From assembly GCA_027317865.1 (NCBI GenBank), contig DAHVQG010000011.1, positions 1 to 64,000 on the forward strand: a stretch of 64,000 nt of DNA, in the 5' to 3' direction. Positions 19,163 through 30,131 of the stretch are shown in pieces. Numbering within the stretch: the first letter of the stretch is position 1; every line of letters begins with the position of its first letter. A program made the position numbers and the translations under genes. Source of the stretch: Bdellovibrionales bacterium. Its GTDB lineage: Bacteria > Bdellovibrionota > Bdellovibrionia > Bdellovibrionales > UBA1609. The notes beneath the pieces were generated by a model, which did no database searches, had not been told where the DNA came from, and saw only the letters and a program-made list of their open reading frames with translations.

Positions 19163-20458
19163 CTAACGCCGATCAGTCGAAACCGACCGTTTCGCATGCA
19201 CATCATTACATTTAGCCAGATAGCGCGCCCGAAATTTCACGGCAAGGTCCGGATAGTCGGTAAAAAGACCGTCAATGCCTAAGGCAAAAAATCGATTAAA
19301 TTCATTGTCTTCATTACCGCCATAAAACTTGCGCACAAGGGCATCATTGGCGCGAAAAGTCCACGGCATAACTTCAAGACCGGCTATATGCGCTTCGTAT
19401 ACAAAATTGGTCGCGGGCGGCATCGTCTTCGATTTCAATGTTAGAGGGATGATATAATTTTTCTCGGGCGCAACCCATGCGGCATACTGGGCAATGGATC
19501 GCAAACCTTTGGGAGTGGCCATTTCTCCGTATGTTAAAGTACCGCCGTTCGCCACAACGTCAGCCGGACTCTCGTTCGGTGGCCCGAGTATTTGCATAAG
19601 TTGGTCTCGGACCATGTTATGTAGACGTTTTAAATCGCTCACTTCTGTCGACTGGATAATAACCGGCGCGAAGTAGTTATTATAATGATATTCATTTAAC
19701 AAACGCACGAGCGCCATTTCGGGATCAAAACCCAATTTGTGAAAGTAAGTTGAATCTTTAATTTCAGGAATAAGCCCGACCGGCCGATGCAATTTTCGCG
19801 ATTCTTCTCGCGCGAGCCTTAAATAATCCTCAAAAGTGAGAACGTGATACGGCCCCTTGTTGCACCGAAGTTTTTTAATCTGTGTAAGCGTTAAGTCTTC
19901 GCTGAAAACACCTGTTTCCGTTACTCCGTCAATAATTTTTGTTTTTATCAAATTCGGGTAAACTTGACTGGCGTTTGTCGTTTCAGACAAATTATTTTCG
20001 TGACGTACGATCAGTACACCGTCTTTTGACATCACCAGATCAGGCTCGATGTAATCGGCGCCCATTTGAAGCGCTAACCGGTACGACTTGGCCGTTTCTT
20101 CGGGAGCATACCCCGGCGCACCTTGATGACCCACTATTAGCGGCCGATAAAATCGGCCGCGTAAGGGTTTTGGCGCAAGCAACGTATCCCCTTCTTGCGG
20201 GCACCGAATCTTCAGCCTACTCGACTTTTTGGCGGCTTGGGTTTGAATCTTCGTAACAGTCGGAACTGTCGCAACCGGTTGACTATTCTCTGGCCAATTC
20301 GACTCGGAAGTCACCGTTGCCGGCTTTTTCGCCGGCATCTGCGCGTTCGAGGGATGAATAAGCGCGGTTTGACAAGAAGTTAATGCCATTAGTGCGCAGC
20401 TCATCGTTACAATAAGGTATCTACTGTGAAATCGAGTTGCTAATTTTTTTATGATCAT
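19163..20458 (-). CDS. Glycerophosphodiester phosphodiesterase, probable lipoprotein
   Basis: IVGHQGAPGYAPEET, GADYIEPDLVMSKDG, VRHE, IPEIK, GIDGLFTDYPD; lipobox ALTSC. Start uncertain. Confidence 0.88.
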   Translation of the reverse strand: MIIKKLATRFHSRYLIVTMSCALMALTSCQTALIHPSNAQMPAKKPATVTSESNWPENSQPVATVPTVTKIQTQAAKKSSRLKIRCPQEGDTLLAPKPLRGRFYRPLIVGHQGAPGYAPEETAKSYRLALQMGADYIEPDLVMSKDGVLIVRHENNLSETTNASQVYPNLIKTKIIDGVTETGVFSEDLTLTQIKKLRCNKGPYHVLTFEDYLRLAREESRKLHRPVGLIPEIKDSTYFHKLGFDPEMALVRLLNEYHYNNYFAPVIIQSTEVSDLKRLHNMVRDQLMQILGPPNESPADVVANGGTLTYGEMATPKGLRSIAQYAAWVAPEKNYIIPLTLKSKTMPPATNFVYEAHIAGLEVMPWTFRANDALVRKFYGGNEDNEFNRFFALGIDGLFTDYPDLAVKFRARYLAKCNDVHAKRSVSTDRR

Positions 20459-20534
20459 AGTTGATTTGATAAACTGATACGCTAAACTTCGCAATACATT
20501 ATAGTTTAACCTTTTAACTTGAGCGTCAACATCG

Positions 20535-21878
20535 ATGAAACGATTCTCGTCTGTTTTTAATATGAACTCAATTTTTAGTGCCGTTCTGTTTTTTGCGCTG
20601 GGAGTGCCATTCGCGGCTCATGCGCAATCCGTGTTGACACTTAACAACGCTTTGACTATGGCACGATCCCACAATCCGGAACTCAAAAAACTGGATTTTC
20701 AGTCTGACGCCGCTCGCCTCGGCAAATGGGTCGCGATTTCGGGATATCTGCCCCACATCAGCGCGAGTGCCAGTAATTATTTTGATGCGGATTATGCAAA
20801 AGAAGGGGTTATTCTTGGCGGGTCGTCGATTTTTATGCCGATGGCCTTCCCGCAAGTTCAAATGGATATCAATGCTTCGCTAACCGTATTCGACGGCCTG
20901 GCGACGTACAATATGTATCGTGCCGCTTGCGACACCGCTGAAGCCGCTCATCTGCAATATCAACGGGCAAAGTTCAAGCTCGATGAGTCGGTACGCATGC
21001 AATTTTGGCGCGCGCTCGCCGCCGCCGATTTAGTTCGCGTGGCTAAAGAAAATATTAAAACCCTCCAAAATCATCTAAAATTAGTTAAAGCGCGGCGCTA
21101 TGCGGGAGTGAGTACAAATTATGACGTTTTGCGAATTGAAGCGGAACTTGATGATGCCGACGCGGATTTGTTACTTGCGCAAAATAACGAGGCCGACAGC
21201 CGGCGACAGCTCCTCGATATATTAGGAGTTAGCCGCAATCGAGAGCGCCATCTCAAACTAAACGGAACACTGCCTATACCAACTGCCGAACGTGTGCCGC
21301 CCGGACTGCAACTTAATCTATCGCAACGCCCTGATGTTGAAGCGCAAACGAAAATGGAAATGGCTGCGTCACGAAAAAACAAAGCCGCTCTGGGAGAGTG
21401 GTTCCCGCGAGTAAATTTATTTGCGACCGAGCAATTTTACCACTATGGCGCATTCAGCCCACTGGTCGTCGATCAGCCCGGTTACCAAAACGCGTGGGCC
21501 TACGGCGTTCGGCTCACGTGGAACATATTTGACGGTGGTCGATCGATCGCTGATAAGAGCATTGAAAGCGACCTATACAACGAAGAAAAACAAATCACGC
21601 GCCGGGTTTATTTAACTTCGGCCAGCGAATTCGCGCGTTTTAAGCGGAGTTATTCGTACAACTGCGCGCTCTACCAAGCTCGAATGCAAGCCGTTGAAAA
21701 ATCCCAAGAAAGCGTGCGCCTTGCCGCGCTTGCTGTTCGCGCGGGCACCGGAACCGACACTGATGAACTTGATGCCGAACTTGAACTCTTTCGAGCACGC
21801 GCGGGCGTGGTTCAAGCGCAAGTTGGAGCCGCCGAAGCGCTCGCCAATCTTGAACTCGCCCTCGGCCATCGAATCTAA
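20535..21878 (+). CDS. TolC family outer-membrane protein
   Basis: Signal peptide; two OEP repeats (LTVFDG, TWNIFDGG); ends LELALG. Confidence 0.88.
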   Translation: MKRFSSVFNMNSIFSAVLFFALGVPFAAHAQSVLTLNNALTMARSHNPELKKLDFQSDAARLGKWVAISGYLPHISASASNYFDADYAKEGVILGGSSIFMPMAFPQVQMDINASLTVFDGLATYNMYRAACDTAEAAHLQYQRAKFKLDESVRMQFWRALAAADLVRVAKENIKTLQNHLKLVKARRYAGVSTNYDVLRIEAELDDADADLLLAQNNEADSRRQLLDILGVSRNRERHLKLNGTLPIPTAERVPPGLQLNLSQRPDVEAQTKMEMAASRKNKAALGEWFPRVNLFATEQFYHYGAFSPLVVDQPGYQNAWAYGVRLTWNIFDGGRSIADKSIESDLYNEEKQITRRVYLTSASEFARFKRSYSYNCALYQARMQAVEKSQESVRLAALAVRAGTGTDTDELDAELELFRARAGVVQAQVGAAEALANLELALGHRI

Positions 21879-23236
21879 TCCGCGTTTGCCATTCGAAAAG
21901 AAGCGGCCGACCACGCGGACGTATCGTGATTACGCAAGGCTCGAACCCGCCAAAAAACTTTTTTTAACGGTTTACCGAGTTTGAGCACGTAGCCCGCATG
22001 GTGAACTTGGATCGTTTGCGCATCCTTGAATTCAGAATTATCCGCAACTTCGAGTTGGTACTGTTCAGCATTAACGTGATGCCATCGTAGCATGACAAAA
22101 TCATTTTTATTATTTTGATCGGTAACGACAAGCGCGCCTTTAATGGGTGATTGCGCCGTTGGGATTTCAAGCGGCGTTCGCACGTCAATTCGCACCGGTC
22201 GCGAAACTTTCGTGACCGGTTTTTCAACGCTATCGAGCCCACGCATAACGTACTCATAGTGACCGGGGTTTTCGCCGTTGACGACAAGTTCGGGTTTAAC
22301 TGTTTTTATTTGATTGATACTGCCCGTTGCGGTGTTTTTAGCTTCAATCAACCACGTGCTCACGCGCGGGAGCGGCTTCCACTTAATCAAAGCTTGCGGG
22401 TCTTCGCTGGGAGAATCGGTAAAATGAATGCTGTTGAACCGTTCAACTTGAACGGGGCTAAACGTAAGCAATTGGGGCGGTTTGAAAACTGGTTTCTCCT
22501 CCGCCTTTATCGCCTCTTTTAAAACCGACTCGGGCGGGGTCGGCGGGCCAACAAATAGATTTTGTTGAGGCGTGGATGCAGCGCTCACAACGTTGCCGTT
22601 CGGCGCCATTTTCAAATTAAAGTCGTTGAGTAAATCTTCATCTGATGACGGTGTCACCATGGCAATTGTCCGCTGCGGCTTATTAAACCCTTTGGTAACT
22701 GCAGTTGGTTCAACAATTTTCACCGTTTGTGCAACCGTTTTAGTAATCATCACATGTCGCAACTGCGCACCCGCCAGAACTTTTTCACCGTTGCCCGTGT
22801 TAAGTCGCAAACGGCTGCGTGTCGCCTCGGGGGCCTCGACATGCACGCTACCAGTTGAAAGATTGACGTTTACCGTATCGTGCACACCGAATGAAATTTG
22901 CGCCAGACTGTTGGCGCCGAGCTTCAATTTCATTCCATTTCGGAGCGTAACGGTCACGTCAGATCGGGGGCCGACAAAAACCGTGTCACCGGAATCAACC
23001 CCCAAATGACGATAAACATTGAGCCAGCTAAGTGTCGAGCGCGGACGCATTTCCACTTCATTTGTGTCGTTTGTAATGTATCCAATCGGCGTACCGCCCT
23101 GCCGAGTATACAACAGAGTGTCCATCCAGTGATCGGCGAGAAAAAAGCAAAGTACTCCACCGGCAAGCAAAAGCCAAAAAATGACCATTAGATTTTCAGT
23201 TTGGCGATCATCGCCCATCGCAAATTCGCTAGTCAT
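21875..23236 (-). CDS. Membrane-anchored FecR-like domain protein with C-terminal beta-sandwich domains
   Basis: N-terminal TM; GDTVFVG..SDVTVTL..G..LKLGANS..VNLSTGSV; YQLEVAD..FWRVRA. Confidence 0.65.
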   Translation of the reverse strand: MTSEFAMGDDRQTENLMVIFWLLLAGGVLCFFLADHWMDTLLYTRQGGTPIGYITNDTNEVEMRPRSTLSWLNVYRHLGVDSGDTVFVGPRSDVTVTLRNGMKLKLGANSLAQISFGVHDTVNVNLSTGSVHVEAPEATRSRLRLNTGNGEKVLAGAQLRHVMITKTVAQTVKIVEPTAVTKGFNKPQRTIAMVTPSSDEDLLNDFNLKMAPNGNVVSAASTPQQNLFVGPPTPPESVLKEAIKAEEKPVFKPPQLLTFSPVQVERFNSIHFTDSPSEDPQALIKWKPLPRVSTWLIEAKNTATGSINQIKTVKPELVVNGENPGHYEYVMRGLDSVEKPVTKVSRPVRIDVRTPLEIPTAQSPIKGALVVTDQNNKNDFVMLRWHHVNAEQYQLEVADNSEFKDAQTIQVHHAGYVLKLGKPLKKVFWRVRALRNHDTSAWSAASFRMANAD

Positions 23237-23274
23237 CGCATTCTATTCGGAAGAAAACACTAAAGAAATTAGCT

Positions 23275-26229
23275 TTATGGCTGAACAAGCCTAAACTGAA
23301 GTCTTGAACCGTTTTCGCAAAATAACGGGATCGTAAATGATCCGACGCCGGCGCTAAGCTCAACCGGTCGCATTTCAGCACAATTGTTTGGTACAAGAAG
23401 CGTATATCGCACTGATCTTTGTAGTTGCCGCGTCTGGGGATTCCAAGTGGCAACAGTGAGATATCCCCGGTGGATGAGGCTAAGGTCCATATAAATTCCC
23501 GGTAGCGGATTCGACGAAGTACCTACTATAACGGGGGCAAATTGCGCAGCGAGAACCCCAGACGAAAAATTCGAATTGCGATCTATTGATATCGGCCGCG
23601 ACATAAAAACGGAGGATGTCGACTGAGAAAACGCCATTAGATCGAATTGCGATTCAACAAACCACACACGCCCGGACGTCGGCAATTGAAATAGCCCTAA
23701 TAGGCCCGGCTGAACAATGGGATTTTCAGGCGATTTAAATGCAAAATCGGTGCGACCTTGCGATTCACCTTTTGAGTTGACCCACGTCAAACTCCCGCGG
23801 GAGCTACCATCAAATTCGACAAGGGCCCGCTTATTGCCCGTATCACCCGGCGACAAAACGTAAAACCCTTGGCTTACCGCTGCCGGGCCATCCAAATTTG
23901 TTTGGGTCAGCGTTCGCGTCTGGGCGTCAAAAATATATGTCTTCGCGCCCCAACCCTGACCCACAATTGCCATCGCCCGCAAATCACCGGATGCAAGATC
24001 CCACGCGTTTGGCAAAAGCCAACCCGTCAGTGTGAATTCGCCCTGATAGGGGTCACGAAATTTGGCATTATCAAGCGCGCGAACAGTTAACGGCACAAAT
24101 TGCGAACCGGCCGGCCCAGGTTGCAAATAGTAAATATGATTGGTTACCTTACCAAATCGGATATCCAACGTATCGAAATTATCCCCTGGCGGCAAAATCC
24201 CGCTTGCCATAAAACATGGCACCAATCGCCCGTCTCGAAATAACCAAGACGCCGGAGCTGCGAACGAGTGCTGTTCGATCAAAGTGCCGACCGGTCCAGC
24301 TATAGGGACCTGCCATGTTGATTTGGCGCGACTCCCCCACAATGGTTGAAATTTCGGATTGTAAAACCGAAACTGCAAATATTTTTGCGGGTAAATTTGA
24401 CCGCTTGGGTCTTTTGCAAGTCCCATGTAAGTACCCACAATGACCCAGTCGAGTTGGCCGTTACGATTCACATCGAGGCGAAAAACCTCTTTCACTTTTT
24501 GCAGACCGGGTAACTCAACTTTTGAAACCTCGTTCGGCAGAGTTAGAGGGTCGTAAATCGCGACAAATGGGGTCTTGGCCGACACGGAACTCGTCGCATA
24601 ATACGCCGGCAGGCCACGATATAATCCGTAAGTCGGAGCTTCGGACATGGCCGACCTGAGCACATTGTTCAGCGGCGCAAGAAAAACTTGCGCCGAAACA
24701 TTTTTAATGTCGAATATTCTTTGACTTTTTATTTGAGCTAAATTGCGTACAACTCGAACATCGTCAAAAAATGTTTTTGGGGCATGCTTAAGCCTTAGAT
24801 CTCGCCGATCGGTGATTTCAAGTTCAAGATGCAAAACGTTCGAAACGCTAAGCGAGGGCAGCTGCGTGCTCCACGAAATAACAAACGAAGCGCCGGTGTT
24901 CAATGTAGCGATTGATTTTTCGCCGGCCAATTGACCATTTATTAAAATCCGCGCCGTCACGCCGTGAGCAGGCGCCCAAAGGTTGTCGACCGTGAGTTGG
25001 CTGCGCACGTATAAAGTGCTTTCATTTATTTTTATGAACGAATTCTTTTTAAACAGCGGATAAAAAACCGGCTTCGCTTTAACGTCGATGGCTTTTTTAA
25101 TGTTGATAAGGCCATACAAAGATGCAGGTTCGTCGATCGTGTGCGAAGACTCGTTATTCGTAATAGAAGGCGGGGTGCCCGTCGATGCAAAAATCCGCGC
25201 ACGCAATTCGTCCGGCGATATGTTGGGATATATGCTTTTTAGAATTGCCGCGAGCGCGGTCACCTCCGGTACGGCATAACTTGTCCCGCTCGCGAGCTCA
25301 TACCCCTGAACGCGATATATAAGTGAAAACAAGCTAAGCGGAAAAGTCGTCAGTACATTTTGGCCGGGAGCCAGCACATCTACGTCACCGCCATAATTCG
25401 AAAAAAACGCCATCTTACCCGTATTGGTAATTGCGCCGACGCAAATCACACCCTCATAATCGCATGGCGAATTCACGGAATTACTTCGATCGTTGCCCGC
25501 GCCGGTCACAATTAAAACGCCCGCCTTGTTGGCATCGCGAAAAGCTTGCAGAACCGTTTTCGAATCGATGAAGTTTGGCCAATCTGTACTCAAATTAATA
25601 ATACTGGCGCCATGTAAAACCGCGTACTGAATCGCCTTTGCTACATAGTGCGTGAGAAATTTGCCAACAACATCGAAACGGTTGGTCCCCCGTTTTTTAT
25701 GCACGAATCGAAAATTAAAATAGCTATCCTGCCCGCGGTAAATTCGTAGCGGCAAAATTTTAACTGTGTCCGGCGCAATACCCGCGATGCCGATTCCGTT
25801 ATCACTGTTGGCCGCAATCTCGCCGGCGATTTCAGTTCCGTGCCCAAACTCATCGTTCATGGCCGGCTTTTCAAGTTGCCCGTTATACCGTGGAACGGGC
25901 GGCAAAAAATCATACCCGTCTTTTAATATACGACCTTTTAAATCGGGATGAGAAAGATCTATCCCACTGTCGATCACAGCGACAATCACCGGGGCCTTCG
26001 CCCGTTTTTGGACTTCAGCGCGCGATCGCAAATAACCGATGTCTTCACCCGCGCGTCCTTTTTGTACTTCGGCGTGATAATTATCTTTGCGCAAAACCAC
26101 AACTTGCGACCCGTCATTATGAAGCGCCCACTGATCGTTAAACATGGGATCATTCGGAGCGCGCATTCGCCGAACGGAGCCGGCAAGCGCTACTGATGAA
26201 ATAAAAATGCTCGCAATAAACATTTTCAT
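23275..26229 (-). CDS. Secreted S8 (subtilisin-like) serine protease with long C-terminal extension
   Basis: Catalytic triad in VAVIDSG, GHGTEIAG and SGTSYA. ATG 26229 overlaps the upstream TGA. Confidence 0.92.
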   Translation of the reverse strand: MKMFIASIFISSVALAGSVRRMRAPNDPMFNDQWALHNDGSQVVVLRKDNYHAEVQKGRAGEDIGYLRSRAEVQKRAKAPVIVAVIDSGIDLSHPDLKGRILKDGYDFLPPVPRYNGQLEKPAMNDEFGHGTEIAGEIAANSDNGIGIAGIAPDTVKILPLRIYRGQDSYFNFRFVHKKRGTNRFDVVGKFLTHYVAKAIQYAVLHGASIINLSTDWPNFIDSKTVLQAFRDANKAGVLIVTGAGNDRSNSVNSPCDYEGVICVGAITNTGKMAFFSNYGGDVDVLAPGQNVLTTFPLSLFSLIYRVQGYELASGTSYAVPEVTALAAILKSIYPNISPDELRARIFASTGTPPSITNNESSHTIDEPASLYGLINIKKAIDVKAKPVFYPLFKKNSFIKINESTLYVRSQLTVDNLWAPAHGVTARILINGQLAGEKSIATLNTGASFVISWSTQLPSLSVSNVLHLELEITDRRDLRLKHAPKTFFDDVRVVRNLAQIKSQRIFDIKNVSAQVFLAPLNNVLRSAMSEAPTYGLYRGLPAYYATSSVSAKTPFVAIYDPLTLPNEVSKVELPGLQKVKEVFRLDVNRNGQLDWVIVGTYMGLAKDPSGQIYPQKYLQFRFYNPKFQPLWGSRAKSTWQVPIAGPVGTLIEQHSFAAPASWLFRDGRLVPCFMASGILPPGDNFDTLDIRFGKVTNHIYYLQPGPAGSQFVPLTVRALDNAKFRDPYQGEFTLTGWLLPNAWDLASGDLRAMAIVGQGWGAKTYIFDAQTRTLTQTNLDGPAAVSQGFYVLSPGDTGNKRALVEFDGSSRGSLTWVNSKGESQGRTDFAFKSPENPIVQPGLLGLFQLPTSGRVWFVESQFDLMAFSQSTSSVFMSRPISIDRNSNFSSGVLAAQFAPVIVGTSSNPLPGIYMDLSLIHRGYLTVATWNPQTRQLQRSVRYTLLVPNNCAEMRPVELSAGVGSFTIPLFCENGSRLQFRLVQP

Positions 26230-29200
26230 AGGAAGTTCCGCATCCACTGCATGTAGAGCTCCCCGTCGTTTATCCCCAAGCGCTGTTCGAGATACATCAT
26301 GATCCCATCAGGGTAGAGTTCGTTGCTTGCGGTACCGAACGCTTGTGAGTAAATCGGCTTCGATTTTTTCTCGCTCGGCGTGCGAAAGCCGTTCAGTACG
26401 CCGTACACATAGACGTCGTTAGGGCCTCCCGCCACATTTATAAATTCATCAAACGGTAAAAATCGCTCGAGATTGTTTGCCATTTCCATCACACTGCGCG
26501 CGTACTCCTTAACGTCTTGAGGCGTCTGAGGATAAGCAATGTAACTGTCAAGATAGTGCGAGTACCAGGACTCAAAATTCCAAATCGCTTCACATTTGGC
26601 GACATTTTCTTGGGGAACAAGTTGGCCCGGCGGATTTGTGTTACAATTATAGTACCGCAAATAGCTTCTCACCATCGATGACTCAAATTTGTAGCTCATA
26701 TGCGCAATGTGGTTGAGCGCGCTTTGGTAAAGATTGATGTTCACTAGAAGCTGGTAGAGTTGCACCTCGGTTGCAGTGCCTAAAAAATTATTGTGAAAAT
26801 GGAATTCAGTTTTCGGGCCACTGTAGTTTGAAGCGTAATCATAGTGAAATTGCTGTTTGAGTTGTGCCGCCAAATTGTTTAGGGCATTTGCCGAAATTCC
26901 CCAGCCCTCCCACCGGTATTGGACTTGAACAAGCGGAGTCGCCAAATTGTCACCTTCGATTTGCGACTGAAACGTAACTTCGCGTGTTTTCGAATCGCCG
27001 AGAAAACTGCGCCCCGGGTCTGGAGTCACTTGCGTGTCGACTAAATAATTCGGGTTGTTCGTTAGCCGCTGCACGATATAAGTCGCCACTTGTGTCGCAA
27101 GTTGCTGATAATGATGACCGGACTGGCTGCCGTCGAGTAGCGCCAAATAATGTTCAGGCGGATCGTAAGGCGTTTTCACCGTTATATCGCCGTTCAGATT
27201 CAAATGCCGGTGAACCCAATGAAAAAACTGAAATGATGACGACGAATCGTGAAATCGTTCGGTGATCTGATTTGGCTTCATCCACGGGTCAGACGCCAAT
27301 ACTCCGATCGAATGAGAGCGAAACACGGATTCGAGCGCGACCGCATTTTTAAAAATATTCGGGTCTGACGGAGAAATATCGACGTCATAGATTTTGGAAC
27401 GGCCCGATCCCGCGACCCGGTTTGCGGTCACCATCAAAACCGGAAACGAAATTGGAGTCCCCAAAGTAAACTCAAAAGATAAATTCACACCGTTAAGTTC
27501 ACCGTTATCTTTATAAATTTGAATCATGTTTTGACTTGGACGATAAATATATAGACGTGACAAAATCAGTTGGTTACCGCCAACTGTGAGTGAAGCGCCG
27601 GGGCCGATCCCGCCGAGAACTCCGTATGAGCCCGTGGCATTCTCGACATTGCTCAGACTGTCGGTCAAAATTAATGAGTCGCCCACACCAAGAGCCTTTT
27701 TTAGTTGCTCGAGTTCTGTGTCAATTTCACCGTCAATCTGCAGAGACGAAACCGGTTCACCAGGTTTGGGAGCAAATTGACTCACCTTCGCAAAAACGTC
27801 AGAGGCGTCGTGAAACAAAAGATCCACCAAAACACGGTTGAACGGTTGGCGGGCGGCTTTCTTAAGCGGCGACGGAGCACCTTTTTTAAACGTTGCCGGC
27901 GGCTGAATGGGCTTAAGATGGGTCAGGCTTCGCGTCACGGTGCCCTCAATAAGCCCCGAGGCTCCGACATTCGTCGGCAAACCGTCTACTCCCACCACGA
28001 TGCCGACGTTCAAATATTCGCTCGCCGTGTCGGCAAGCTGCACGAGATTGTTCGCTCCTAAATAATTTCCGATTACGATGCTGCGGCTCAAACTCACACC
28101 GCCGTTTATAATCGGAGCCGTCCATGTTTTTAACGGAATGGCCTGATTCTCGCCTGTACGCAAAAAATTCGCAAACGCAGCTTGCATGACCTGCTGGCTG
28201 TGCTTTTGATATTGCCCCGCAATCGTGAGACCGGGAATTTCACTGTTAATTTTATTAAAAAGGTTTTCGAGAACGTTGCCTTCCACTTCGGTCAGCGCAT
28301 ACCATCCCAGGCCTTTGACCGGTGATTGCAAGTCGTGACTGGTGAAATACGTCGCATATCCCGGCACTGTTTTCTGCTCGCAAACTCCGTTTTTAATGTA
28401 AGGCGGTTCATTTAAGTGGGCGTTAAACGGTATCAACGGCACGTGAAGGCCGAATTCACGCACGGCCGAGTCGCGCTGTGAAATCAATTTTTCAACGATA
28501 AGATCAGTACAACTGTGCTGCGGGTTCGGGTAATTCGCCGCGCGCACCATTTCAACAAAATCTCGCCGCGTGAACTTCGCAATTTTGCGCAGTATCCAAA
28601 CCGCATCATCGTCACCCGTATCGAAGTTCACATTGCCGTCCGTATGAAAAACCACGGACTGGTTCTCAATGTGACCGAAGTTCCAGGGGATCATATTCAC
28701 ACTTTCAGGAAAATCGGTAAGCCTATCGACAATGGCAAGGGCTCTCATGATGCGGCGATTTTCGGGCAAAATTAACCCACCACTCGACTCAACCGGCGGT
28801 AATATGTCGACGTTGTAGTACCGTGTGGCCACTGGAGCCTCGGCAATTGCAAATGCATCTTGAAAAGTTAAATCGCTCGGGTTTTGCCCTGGACTATTGA
28901 CGACAAAATGCGTGGCTGAAACATGAGTCGCATTTGGCAAATCGATGTACAACAAAGAAGGTATCAAGAATGAATTGGCAAAATGCACCGTGATGCTTTT
29001 AAGCCATTTTGTGGCCGGCACGCGGTAACCGAGCCGCCGGAGCATCTCTTTGCGCAACAAATAATTATGTAACGTCGCGCTCAGGTAAATAATCATGGGC
29101 ACGGGCGGTTGCCCCGGTTGCTTCGAGGGTACAAGCACATCCATTTCAAAGCATCCAGGGGCGGACCCCTGAAGTTCACTGACAAACTCAACTGTTTCGC

Positions 29201-29561
29201 CGTTTTTAATTGGTAAGGCTTGATCTTTGGCAGAATCAGAAGCAGTTGATACTCCAGGCCACACGTCGGTTGTACTGTTTGGATTTAACTTCGAAAGATC
29301 AACGTGAGCGTTACGCTCAAGATCGAGCGCTTCTTCAACGGTCAGTTCCCGACCGTGGTACATCAAATCATTTGCCGGCACTGTATCGGGCGTAAGTGGA
29401 ATTTGCACAAGTGATCCGTTGATCCCGGCCTGTGCCGCGTGCGGAATTAGTCCGATTCCTGCAAAAAGAATCAGCAAACTCACCGCTTGTCTAAAAAATG
29501 CCTTCGGTTTGTGGAGTCTCACCCGGTTCACGGTTGTACTGAGGCGAAAAGATTTCTTCAA
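26226..29561 (-). CDS. Large secreted hypothetical protein (1111 aa)
   Basis: Long uninterrupted ORF with a signal-like segment; translationally coupled to the S8 gene. Confidence 0.8.
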   Translation of the reverse strand: MKKSFRLSTTVNRVRLHKPKAFFRQAVSLLILFAGIGLIPHAAQAGINGSLVQIPLTPDTVPANDLMYHGRELTVEEALDLERNAHVDLSKLNPNSTTDVWPGVSTASDSAKDQALPIKNGETVEFVSELQGSAPGCFEMDVLVPSKQPGQPPVPMIIYLSATLHNYLLRKEMLRRLGYRVPATKWLKSITVHFANSFLIPSLLYIDLPNATHVSATHFVVNSPGQNPSDLTFQDAFAIAEAPVATRYYNVDILPPVESSGGLILPENRRIMRALAIVDRLTDFPESVNMIPWNFGHIENQSVVFHTDGNVNFDTGDDDAVWILRKIAKFTRRDFVEMVRAANYPNPQHSCTDLIVEKLISQRDSAVREFGLHVPLIPFNAHLNEPPYIKNGVCEQKTVPGYATYFTSHDLQSPVKGLGWYALTEVEGNVLENLFNKINSEIPGLTIAGQYQKHSQQVMQAAFANFLRTGENQAIPLKTWTAPIINGGVSLSRSIVIGNYLGANNLVQLADTASEYLNVGIVVGVDGLPTNVGASGLIEGTVTRSLTHLKPIQPPATFKKGAPSPLKKAARQPFNRVLVDLLFHDASDVFAKVSQFAPKPGEPVSSLQIDGEIDTELEQLKKALGVGDSLILTDSLSNVENATGSYGVLGGIGPGASLTVGGNQLILSRLYIYRPSQNMIQIYKDNGELNGVNLSFEFTLGTPISFPVLMVTANRVAGSGRSKIYDVDISPSDPNIFKNAVALESVFRSHSIGVLASDPWMKPNQITERFHDSSSSFQFFHWVHRHLNLNGDITVKTPYDPPEHYLALLDGSQSGHHYQQLATQVATYIVQRLTNNPNYLVDTQVTPDPGRSFLGDSKTREVTFQSQIEGDNLATPLVQVQYRWEGWGISANALNNLAAQLKQQFHYDYASNYSGPKTEFHFHNNFLGTATEVQLYQLLVNINLYQSALNHIAHMSYKFESSMVRSYLRYYNCNTNPPGQLVPQENVAKCEAIWNFESWYSHYLDSYIAYPQTPQDVKEYARSVMEMANNLERFLPFDEFINVAGGPNDVYVYGVLNGFRTPSEKKSKPIYSQAFGTASNELYPDGIMMYLEQRLGINDGELYMQWMRNFL

Positions 29562-29604
29562 ACTGAAACGAACGACCGTGAAAAAATGATTTGGTAATGA
29601 AATT

Positions 29605-29640
29605 TAAAAACGAAAGGGCAACCGTTTGGCTGCCCTTTCT
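29605..29640 (-). terminator. Rho-independent terminator (copy 1)
   Basis: Minus strand AAAGGGCAGCC-AAAC-GGTTGCCCTTT followed by CGTTTTT. Confidence 0.85.
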
Positions 29641-30131
29641 TTGTTCTGTTGAATTTTTACCTGTATCAGTTCTGGTACCGATACGGGCTTAGTTATTTGG
29701 TAACGTGACCCCGAGTCTTGGTAAAATCTGATCGCGCACCATCGGCAAATATGATTGCGGTAGACCTATGCCTTTTGCATATTTCAGCTCTACATTCGTC
29801 AACGCGTTTTTGTTGCCGTTTGCGTATTGAGCTAAAGCGTTCACCACATCTTTGTGGCTCACTTTACCCACCGAAAGTGCCGCACTCGCAAGCGCTTGTT
29901 GATCTGCACCCGTTAGCTCCTGATTTTGTTGCAAAATCTGCATCTTATCTTGGAGCTGTACTAACTGCCGAGCCGCCTCAAAGCTAATCGGGAATTCCGT
30001 CACCATTTGATTGGCTTGAGCATTCACGTCGGCCATGTTTACCATCGCCTGCATCATGCCGGTGTCAGTCGTTGAATTTTCAATACCCGTTGTCGTGTTG
30101 GTATAACCCGAGCTCGTCGTACCTCCCGTAC
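29611..30131. repeat. ~520-bp direct repeat, copy 1
   Basis: Matches 30829..31349 at offset 1218; one mismatch seen (29642). Confidence 0.92.

Noticed and set aside
20535..21878. TolC as the secretion channel for the adjacent cluster
   Set aside because: Opposite strand, no ABC/MFP partners, and the cluster proteins carry Sec or lipoprotein signals.
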